Shown here: piece after piece, positions 1-6,888 of the stretch
Position numbering within the stretch: the stretch's first letter is position 1
How the letters are laid out: each line of letters opens with the position of its first letter
Assembly (NCBI GenBank): GCA_039683575.1
Contig: JBDKRC010000029.1
Span: 1 to 12,160, forward strand
Reading direction: 5' to 3'
Source of the DNA: Armatimonadia bacterium
GTDB lineage: Bacteria; Armatimonadota; Zipacnadia; Zipacnadales; UBA11051
DNA: 12,160 bases
Program-made: the position numbers and the translations under genes
The notes under the pieces: generated by a model
Seen by the model: the letters and a program-made list of their open reading frames with translations, nothing else
Database searches by the model: none
Told to the model about the DNA's origin: nothing

Positions 1-1
1 T

Positions 2-298
2 GTAGCGTTGATACCGGTTGTAGCCGCGATTGCGTATGAGATCATCCGGTACGGTGGCCGGCACCGGGAATCGCTCTTCGCCCGCATCCTGGCACAGCCG
101 GGACTGCTCATGCAGCGACTGACTACCCGTCGGCCGAACGAAGATCTGGTACGCATAGCCATATATGCCCTCGCGGCGGTTGCGCCCGAGGTAAGCATCC
201 CAGAAGACTTCGCACCACCAGTCCCCGCGGGGATGGACGGCAAGCTGCAGCGTGATGAGCCTGCCGTAGATGACACAGCCCAACTCGCCGGGGACTGA
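2..298 (+). CDS. DUF1385-family membrane protein, 3' part (begins before the window)
   Basis: The frame is open from the window edge. IPVVAAIAYEIIR...PGLLMQRLTTRRP...IAIYAL resembles the DUF1385 C-terminal motif (ISYE-x-IR...PGL-x-LQ-x-LTTREP). DUF1385 genes commonly sit next to prfA/prmC. Confidence 0.85.
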   Translation, partial: VALIPVVAAIAYEIIRYGGRHRESLFARILAQPGLLMQRLTTRRPNEDLVRIAIYALAAVAPEVSIPEDFAPPVPAGMDGKLQRDEPAVDDTAQLAGD

Positions 299-320
299 CC
301 TTTCGCATCAGTGACCAACT

Positions 321-1391
321 ATGGACTTTGAACACTCTCTACAAGGTATTCTGAAAGAAGTCGCCGACCTCGAACAACAGCTCAGCGACCCGAACGTGCT
401 GTCTGACCAGAACCGCTTCCGTGATCTGTCAGTCAGACACTCGGAGTTGCAGCCGCTGGTGCAGACCTACAGCGCGTATCTGGCAGCCAAGTCCGAGCAA
501 GATGAAGCCGCGGCGATGCTGGCAGAGACCGATGACCACGAGATGCGGGAGTTCCTCGCAGCGTCGCAGGCTGACGCTGCAGAGCGCATGCAGAAGCTCG
601 AGGCGGACCTCCTGAAGCTCCTGCTGCCGAAGGACCCGATGGACGACAAGAACGCGGTCCTGGAGATCCGGGCCGGTACCGGTGGCGAGGAAGCGGCGTT
701 GTTCGCCGGCGATCTCCTGACCATGTACGCCAAACTCGCCGAGCGCCGGGGCTGGCAGACTGAGCTGGTAGACGCCACTGAGGGGGAAATGGGCGGCTAC
801 AAGGAAGCGGTCATGGAGATTAAGGGCCGCGGCGCCTATGGCGCGCTACGGCGCGAGAGTGGCGTGCATCGCGTTCAGCGGGTGCCGGTGACCGAGTCTC
901 AGGGACGCATCCACACCTCGGCAGCCACGGTAGCGGTGCTGCCGGAGGTCGAGGAAGTGGACGTGGAGCTTGACCCGTCTGAACTCTCCTTCGAGAATTT
1001 CCGAGCGGGCGGGCCTGGCGGCCAGCACATGCAAAAGAACGAGACTGCAGTCCGCGTGACCCACAAGCCTACCGGCATCACCGTGGCGTGCTCGGACCAG
1101 CGCTCCCAGGGGCAGAACAAGGAGCGCGCGCTGAGACTATTGCGCTCGCGCATCTATGACCTGCATATCCAGGAGCAGGCCGCTGAGGTGGCCAAGAGCC
1201 GCAAGGAGCAGGTCAAGAGCGGCGACCGCAGCGAGAAAATCCGGACCTATAATTTCCCGCAGGACCGCCTGACCGACCACCGCATCAACCTGACGATGCA
1301 CAACCTCCCGGTGATACTCGTAGGCGAGATAGACGAGTTGCTGGAAGCCCTCGCCGAGGATGAGCGGCAGCGCAAGCTGCAGGAGCTGTAA
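321..1391 (+). CDS. prfA: Peptide chain release factor 1
   Basis: 356 aa with LEIRAGTGGEEAALFA, ESGVHRVQRVPVTESQGRIHTSAATVAVLPE (RF1-specific PxT motif = PVT), the GGQ motif and GDRSEKIRTYNFPQDRLTDHRI. Adjacent to prmC. Confidence 0.98.
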   Translation: MDFEHSLQGILKEVADLEQQLSDPNVLSDQNRFRDLSVRHSELQPLVQTYSAYLAAKSEQDEAAAMLAETDDHEMREFLAASQADAAERMQKLEADLLKLLLPKDPMDDKNAVLEIRAGTGGEEAALFAGDLLTMYAKLAERRGWQTELVDATEGEMGGYKEAVMEIKGRGAYGALRRESGVHRVQRVPVTESQGRIHTSAATVAVLPEVEEVDVELDPSELSFENFRAGGPGGQHMQKNETAVRVTHKPTGITVACSDQRSQGQNKERALRLLRSRIYDLHIQEQAAEVAKSRKEQVKSGDRSEKIRTYNFPQDRLTDHRINLTMHNLPVILVGEIDELLEALAEDERQRKLQEL

Positions 1392-1396
1392 GAGAA

Positions 1397-2263
1397 GTGA
1401 CGAGCCACACCATCGGCGCGCTCTACAAAGAGGGCGCCGCTCTGCTGTCTGCTGCCGGAGTTGAGGAACCCGAGTTCGATGCGCGGGCACTGCTCGCGCA
1501 CGTACTGGACCTGGGGCCCAATGATATCCTGCTGCATCAGACGGAGATGGCCGAGGAAGACACGGAGCGGGTCTATTCACACCTCCTGCAGTTGCGTTCG
1601 TGCCGTCTGCCTCTGCAGTACATCACCCGCAGCACGTATTTCTGCGACCTGAAGCTTCGCACCGATGACCGGGCGCTGATCCCGCGGCCTGAGACGGAGC
1701 AACTGGTGGAGGCCGTGGTCGAGAGATTGCAGCCCCTGCAGCCGGGAGCTGTTGATGCGATCGTGGATCTCGGCTGTGGCAGTGGCGCAATCGGGCTGTG
1801 CCTTGCCACGCAGTTGCCCCTCGTGCATGTGATCATGACCGATGTATCCGCCGCGGCGCTTGAGCTAACCGCGGAGAATGTCGCCCACTATGGCTTTGAC
1901 GAGCGGGTCACGCTGCTACAAGGGGCGTACCTCGATCCGATCCATGCGGCAGGCATGACCGAGCGGGTAGTCGCAGTAGTCTGCAACCCGCCGTACGTCC
2001 GGCCCGACGAGATGCCTGCGCTGGCCCCTGAGTTGCATGCTGAGCCGAGGTCGGCGCTCGAGTCACCGGCAGCGGATGGCCTGGAGGCTTACCGCGTCCT
2101 CGCGGCACAGGCTGCTGACCTGCCGAGGCTGCGCTTGTTGGCGTTTGAGGTGGGCTTTGAGCAGGCCGCGCAGGTCGGCGCGCTCATGGCGTCGCTTGGT
2201 GAGGTTGAGATACTGCCCGATCTCGCGGGGATTGACCGGATCGTGATTGTACACGTCCATTAG
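1397..2263 (+). CDS. prmC: Release factor glutamine N5-methyltransferase (HemK/PrmC)
   Basis: PLQYI, ALIPRPETEQLVE, SAM-binding DLGCGSGAIG, catalytic NPPY, DGLEAYR, FEVGFEQA and DLAGIDR. GTG start 5 nt after the prfA stop. Confidence 0.96.
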   Translation: MTSHTIGALYKEGAALLSAAGVEEPEFDARALLAHVLDLGPNDILLHQTEMAEEDTERVYSHLLQLRSCRLPLQYITRSTYFCDLKLRTDDRALIPRPETEQLVEAVVERLQPLQPGAVDAIVDLGCGSGAIGLCLATQLPLVHVIMTDVSAAALELTAENVAHYGFDERVTLLQGAYLDPIHAAGMTERVVAVVCNPPYVRPDEMPALAPELHAEPRSALESPAADGLEAYRVLAAQAADLPRLRLLAFEVGFEQAAQVGALMASLGEVEILPDLAGIDRIVIVHVH

Positions 2264-2265
2264 GT

Positions 2266-2901
2266 ATGCCTACCATCATCGCAACCAATCCGCTCGATCC
2301 CGATCCCGGCGCTGTCGCCAGCGCGGTGTCTGCGCTGGCCTCGGGTGAGCTGGTCGTCATTCCGACCGACACCGTATACGGGGTAGCCTGCCGTGCGGAT
2401 GACGAGCAGGCCGTGCGGGCGCTTTTCGCCGCAAAGAGGCGGCCCTTGAGCAAGCCCCTCCCCCTCCTGCTCGAGGACGCGGGGGCACTCGATAGTGTCA
2501 GCAGTGAATTGCCGGACGGGGTTCGCAAGCTTGCGAAGGCTTTCTGGCCCGGCCCGCTGACACTCGTGGTGCGGAAATCTGCGGTAGTCAGTGACCTGGT
2601 GACAGCGGGAGAGGCCACGGTCGGGGTACGGGTGCCGAACCTCCCGCTGGCGACCGCGGTTCTGACGGCGTGCGAGTTCCCTGTCGCCGTGACGAGTGCG
2701 AATATTTCCGACGAACAACCTGCCGTAGCCGTCGAGGAGCTTCCCGTCGAACTCCTTGAGGCCGTCGCCGTAGTCCTCGATGCGGGGCGCTGCCCCGGCG
2801 AGGTCCCGTCAACGGTCGTGGACGCGACCACTGACCCGCCGCGCATCCTGCGCCCGGGGCCTGTGACAGCCGCTGACATCGAACGCGCAATGCTGGAGTA
2901 A
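2266..2901 (+). CDS. tsaC: Threonylcarbamoyl-AMP synthase, single-domain YrdC/TsaC type (no C-terminal SUA5 domain)
   Basis: PTDTVYG, KRRP..KPL, FWPGPLT, GVRVP, TSANIS, PSTVVD and ILRPG motifs. 211 aa, starting 2 nt after the prmC stop. Confidence 0.94.
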   Translation: MPTIIATNPLDPDPGAVASAVSALASGELVVIPTDTVYGVACRADDEQAVRALFAAKRRPLSKPLPLLLEDAGALDSVSSELPDGVRKLAKAFWPGPLTLVVRKSAVVSDLVTAGEATVGVRVPNLPLATAVLTACEFPVAVTSANISDEQPAVAVEELPVELLEAVAVVLDAGRCPGEVPSTVVDATTDPPRILRPGPVTAADIERAMLE

Positions 2902-2907
2902 TACGAT

Positions 2908-3957
2908 ATGAAGATCGGTCTCATCGGACTGCCATCCAGCGGCAAGAGCTCGTGCTTTTCGGCCCTCACCGGCCTGCCCCCGCAGGCTGCGGGCGCCGGC
3001 GAGCGTATTGGCACCGTGCAAGTCCCGGAGCCGCGCTTGCTGCGCCTGCAGGAGATACACAACGCGCGTCGGATTGTCTACCCCGACATGTTCATCGTAG
3101 ACACTGCTGCTATCGAGAGCAACGCCAGCCCTGAGCAGATTGAGAAACATTTGGCGAACCTCTCGCGCGAGGCTGAGGCCTTCGTTATTGTGTTGCAGTG
3201 CTTCGGAGATCTGGACCGCACCGGGTCGCCGCTGGACCCGCGCGGGGACTTGGAGGAACTCCTGCTCGCACTTTCCCTGGCAGACCTGGCCATGGTGGAG
3301 CGGCGGCTGGAGCGCATGCAGACAGGCCGCCGGGACAGCAATCCGAACGAGGAGCAACTCCTGGTGCGCCTGCAGGAGCACCTTTCGCAGGGCGGGCTCG
3401 TAAATCAGATGGAAATCACCCCGGACCAGTGGAAGTTGCTGGCTGGCCAAGTGCTGATCACGGCGCTGCCGCTGATGGTGGTGTGCAACATCGGGGAAGA
3501 TGACCTCGAGGGCAAGCGCGCGGCGGGGGCGGCAGAGTTGGCAGAGGAGCGAGGTCTTCCCCACCTCAACTTCTGCGCGGCACTGGAGATTGAGATCGCT
3601 CAGTTGCCTGAGGAAGAGCAGAAGGAGTTCCTGGCAGACTATGGCCTGGAGGCTTCCGCCAGGAGCCGCTTCATCCGTGCCGCCTACGAACTACTGGACC
3701 TTGTGACTTTTCTGACCGCAGGCGAGCAGGAGACGCGGGCGTGGCCGATTCGCAAGAACTCCACGGCTCCGCAGGCCGCGGGGAAGATCCACACCGACCT
3801 CGAGCACGGCTTCATCCGGGCCGAGACGGTGGCTTTCGCCGACATCGACAAGTATGGCAGCATGGCGGAGTGCAAGAAGCATGGACTGGTGCGGCTGGAG
3901 GGCAAGGATTACATCGTGAAGGATGGGGATGTGCTGGACATTCGCTTCAGCCGATAG
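2908..3957 (+). CDS. ychF: YchF-family (Obg-like) NTPase with C-terminal TGS/DUF933 domain, divergent G-domain
   Basis: P-loop IGLIGLPSSGKS. The C-terminus is typical of YchF: TFLTAGEQETRAW...TAPQAAGKIHTDLEHGFIRAE...GLVRLEGKDYIVKDGDV. Confidence 0.88.
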   Translation: MKIGLIGLPSSGKSSCFSALTGLPPQAAGAGERIGTVQVPEPRLLRLQEIHNARRIVYPDMFIVDTAAIESNASPEQIEKHLANLSREAEAFVIVLQCFGDLDRTGSPLDPRGDLEELLLALSLADLAMVERRLERMQTGRRDSNPNEEQLLVRLQEHLSQGGLVNQMEITPDQWKLLAGQVLITALPLMVVCNIGEDDLEGKRAAGAAELAEERGLPHLNFCAALEIEIAQLPEEEQKEFLADYGLEASARSRFIRAAYELLDLVTFLTAGEQETRAWPIRKNSTAPQAAGKIHTDLEHGFIRAETVAFADIDKYGSMAECKKHGLVRLEGKDYIVKDGDVLDIRFSR

Positions 3958-4030
3958 TTGGGCCAGACACCGCTTGGACTATCTTCGGGCCCTGGAGAGC
4001 CCTCCCACGGCAGTTTGGGTACGTGACTAG

Positions 4031-4064
4031 AAGGGCCGCAGGCTATCTACCTGCGGCCCTTTTT
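4031..4064 (+). terminator. Rho-independent terminator of the prfA-ychF operon, lying between convergent genes
   Basis: Perfect 12-bp stem AAGGGCCGCAGG (4031-4042) / CCTGCGGCCCTT (4050-4061), 7-nt loop, T run at 4060-4064. Confidence 0.85.
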
Positions 4065-4091
4065 CGTATCTTCGCTTCGTCTGCTCTTTCT

Positions 4092-4847
4092 CTACTTCGT
4101 CCACTCTTTCCACAGCAGCGAGTAGTACTTCAGGAAGCGTTCGGCCTCGCAGCTCTCCGGGAGCTCAATCAGGCAGAAGCCGTCGAAGTTGATGCCCTTG
4201 AGCAGGCGGATGAACTCGTGGTACGGGTAGTCCTCGTACAGGTCGTGGATGTGCGCGGACCAGATCCACGGCGCCAGCAGGTCGAAGTCGGTCTTGATCG
4301 AGCCGTTTACCACTTCGCCCATGTTGCAGTTCCACGTCACCCCGACCATGGGATGGTTGCACACGTCCATGATCGTGCGGATGTGGCAGGGGGCCTGCGT
4401 CCCGCGCCCGTGGACCTCAAGCGTGATCTTGACGCCCAGACCGGCGGCAAAGTCGCCGCACTCCCTCAGCGCCTCGCCGATCTGCCTCAGGGTGTACTCT
4501 TCCTCCACGCCCTCCACGAACGAATTCGGCCGCACCTTGACGCTTGCGGCGCCAACCTCGTCAGCCAGACGCAACCACTCCTTGGTTTCCTCGATGTTCT
4601 TGGCGACGATCTCAGGATTGTCGGAGTGATACTCACAGGTGCTGCCGAGACACCACAGGACAATGCCGCTGTCCTCGAAGCGCTTGCGGACGGCCGCGCG
4701 GTCCTGGTACGGCAGGTCCAGCTCGACACCGTGGGCGTGGGTAGTGCGCAGTTCCACGCCCTGAAAGCCCGTCTTTTGGCACATCTCGATCATCGTGCCG
4801 AGGTCCCAGTCCTTCGCCACCTGATAGGTGACCATGCCAAGTTTCAT
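4092..4847 (-). CDS. Sugar phosphate isomerase/epimerase family protein (xylose isomerase-like TIM barrel)
   Basis: MKLGMVTY...GFQGVELR, with candidate metal-binding positions in TLEVHG, AHIHDL and LIEL. ATG at 4847 is preceded by GGAGGA (4855-4860) and overlaps the upstream TGA (TGATG). Confidence 0.88.
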   Translation of the reverse strand: MKLGMVTYQVAKDWDLGTMIEMCQKTGFQGVELRTTHAHGVELDLPYQDRAAVRKRFEDSGIVLWCLGSTCEYHSDNPEIVAKNIEETKEWLRLADEVGAASVKVRPNSFVEGVEEEYTLRQIGEALRECGDFAAGLGVKITLEVHGRGTQAPCHIRTIMDVCNHPMVGVTWNCNMGEVVNGSIKTDFDLLAPWIWSAHIHDLYEDYPYHEFIRLLKGINFDGFCLIELPESCEAERFLKYYSLLWKEWTK

Positions 4848-5956
4848 CACAACGTCCTCCCTGCCTGGTTGACTACGTGTTGCAGACGGCAGACAGCGGA
4901 TTTCGGCTCGCCTGCCATGATATCCTCTTCTGTGAACCTCGCCAGCAGTATCTCTTTGGCCCCGTAGCGCTCACGGTCGTAGATGATCTGAATGGTGCCA
5001 TCCGGGGCCTGGAAACCATCTGGGTATGAGACGCTGTCGCGCCCGTCCAGGAGCAGCTTCCAGGGCCAGGTTGCGCCGTCGTCGTCAGAGAGCAGCGCGG
5101 TCAGGTTGTTGCGACCGGTGTAGTCATGATGATTGACGAGCAACAGGCGTCCAGAGTGCAACCGGCAGATGAAGAACCTTGAGCAAGGACCGCCCAGCCC
5201 ACTGTCCTGCCCCGCCGTCCACGTCTTTCCCCGGTCGAAGGAGTGGCTCTCCCCTATTCCGTGCAGCGTCCGCACGAGCATCCAGAGGCTGCCGTCGCGC
5301 CGCTCGACGATCATGTGCTCATCAAAGACCCGCTCTGGTACATCCGCCTGTCCCAGCAGCGCAAAAGACTCGCCAGAGTCGCGGCTTACGAGCACGTTTG
5401 AGAAGCGGTCGCCGTCAAGTTCGGGATGGGCGCCGAAGGCAGGGCTGTCCTCGGCGATCCAACTGGAAGGGCGCCAGAGGGCGGTTGGCAAGAGGCACTC
5501 GCCGGTGCTCAGGACCGTGGGCTTGTTGAGCATGATGCCATTGGCCAGCCGGCGGGGCTCCGACCATATGAGGCGCTCGGCCGCGGGATCGTCGCACCGC
5601 ACCGTCCAGACGCCCACACGGCCGTCGAAAAGGGTGTGGCTTTGCGCCCAGAAGAACCACAGCCGCCCCCGTGGGTCGGTCCACAGGTTGGAGTCGAAGG
5701 CCCGCACCTCTCCCGGCGGGTCCACCACCAGAATCGGCTCGGTCCAGGTATCGCCGCCATCGTCGCTGCGGACGATCAGGGCGTAATTGTCGGGGTCTTC
5801 GGTCTTCCCGCCGCTGTACCAGGTGGCATACAGGCGCCCGTCGCTGGCACGCTCAACACTGGGAATGCCCTGCCAGAGACGCATGGAGGTATGATATTCG
5901 GGGCCGGGGTCGGTGTTGACCGGAGGCGGGGACAGCGCGAGGTCGGGATCGATCAT
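4847..5956 (-). CDS. Sialidase-like (BNR/Asp-box) beta-propeller glycoside hydrolase
   Basis: Asp boxes SDDGGDTW, SRDSGESF, SFDRGKTW and SDDDGATW, plus WQGIPS, FDEHMIVE, VSYPD and IIYDRER. RBS AAGGAG at 5966-5971 and ATGA overlap with the upstream gene. No signal peptide visible. Confidence 0.88.
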   Translation of the reverse strand: MIDPDLALSPPPVNTDPGPEYHTSMRLWQGIPSVERASDGRLYATWYSGGKTEDPDNYALIVRSDDGGDTWTEPILVVDPPGEVRAFDSNLWTDPRGRLWFFWAQSHTLFDGRVGVWTVRCDDPAAERLIWSEPRRLANGIMLNKPTVLSTGECLLPTALWRPSSWIAEDSPAFGAHPELDGDRFSNVLVSRDSGESFALLGQADVPERVFDEHMIVERRDGSLWMLVRTLHGIGESHSFDRGKTWTAGQDSGLGGPCSRFFICRLHSGRLLLVNHHDYTGRNNLTALLSDDDGATWPWKLLLDGRDSVSYPDGFQAPDGTIQIIYDRERYGAKEILLARFTEEDIMAGEPKSAVCRLQHVVNQAGRTL

Positions 5957-6882
5957 TGGTTGCCACTCCTTGAGGGTTTGCGCCGGGACGGCGGGGGAGC
6001 CGGTAGCTTCTTCGCCAGATCGTCCGGCATGGCGGCATAGATACGTCGGCAGTACAGGTCGGGATCGTGATGTCCCGGGAGGCCCGTCATCTTGCGCTCG
6101 GCGCTACTGAGGCGTGCTGCCCAACTACTACCTATCGGCACAATGTTGTTCACCTGCCCCAGGTGGCGGTAGCCGAGCAGTGGGCTGGGAAGCAGCGCGA
6201 TCATGTCGTGATCGTTCACCCAGCGCTGCACCGGACGGTCGGCAAACGCGGCGTTGACCGCGCGCGCATACCGGGCGTCGCCGACTCGTGGACAGCCGTA
6301 GGTATACACGCCTTGAACCGGCACGCCTTCTCTTTGCAGGCGATACGCGCAGAGGATGGCAATTGCCGCACCGAGGCTGTGTCCGGTGAGCCAGACAGGG
6401 CGGGGCTTGCGCCCCCGCTCCCGTACGACCGCGTCTTTGAGGCCCGGATATAGCCGATTGGCAGCGGCACGGAAACCGCTGTGGACCGAGGCTCCGCCGA
6501 TGTCATGCAGCAGGAGCCGCACATTGGTCAGGAAATCACGCGGATCGCTGTCACTGCCACGGAAGGTGACAATGATCACAGCGTGATTCGCCATTACCAC
6601 GGCCTGGCTGTCCAGCACGGTTGATTGCGCCCGCAGGAAGGTGAAGCTGCGCGGGGCCATTCCCCAGCCCGCCAAGCGGTCGCGGAACCGGGGCTTGAAC
6701 TCATCCCAGTTACGCGCGCCCACCGCGTCGTCGTAGACGTAGTAACTGGCCAGCCCGAGTAGGTACGCGTTCGTCCAGCTATGCCCGCGGGCGGTCGCGC
6801 AAAAGTGCTCAAAGCCGGCAGCCTGAGCAGCGGAGGCAAGCACTACGAGAAGCAGTATGCCAAACAGGCCGCGGTGGGCCAT
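5953..6882 (-). CDS. Secreted lipase class 3 family alpha/beta hydrolase
   Basis: Signal peptide ending AQA, IIVTFRGS, VHSGF, nucleophile elbow WLTGHSLGAA, YTYGCPRVG, WVNDHDMI (candidate catalytic Asp) and HHDPDLY (candidate catalytic His). Confidence 0.92.
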   Translation of the reverse strand: MAHRGLFGILLLVVLASAAQAAGFEHFCATARGHSWTNAYLLGLASYYVYDDAVGARNWDEFKPRFRDRLAGWGMAPRSFTFLRAQSTVLDSQAVVMANHAVIIVTFRGSDSDPRDFLTNVRLLLHDIGGASVHSGFRAAANRLYPGLKDAVVRERGRKPRPVWLTGHSLGAAIAILCAYRLQREGVPVQGVYTYGCPRVGDARYARAVNAAFADRPVQRWVNDHDMIALLPSPLLGYRHLGQVNNIVPIGSSWAARLSSAERKMTGLPGHHDPDLYCRRIYAAMPDDLAKKLPAPPPSRRKPSRSGNQ

Positions 6883-6888
6883 GCTCTG

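Noticed and set aside
321..1391. Programmed frameshift in the release factor gene
   Set aside because: That feature belongs to prfB. This ORF is continuous and carries the RF1 PxT motif.
2184..3564. Long minus-strand ORFs (292 aa and 251 aa) opposite tsaC and ychF
   Set aside because: They are antisense to conserved housekeeping genes and have low-complexity translations with no family signature.
3741..4967. 408-aa + strand ORF spanning the ychF end and the epimerase gene
   Set aside because: It overlaps ychF out of frame, runs through the terminator and is antisense to a well-supported gene. It has no recognisable motifs and looks like a GC-rich shadow ORF.
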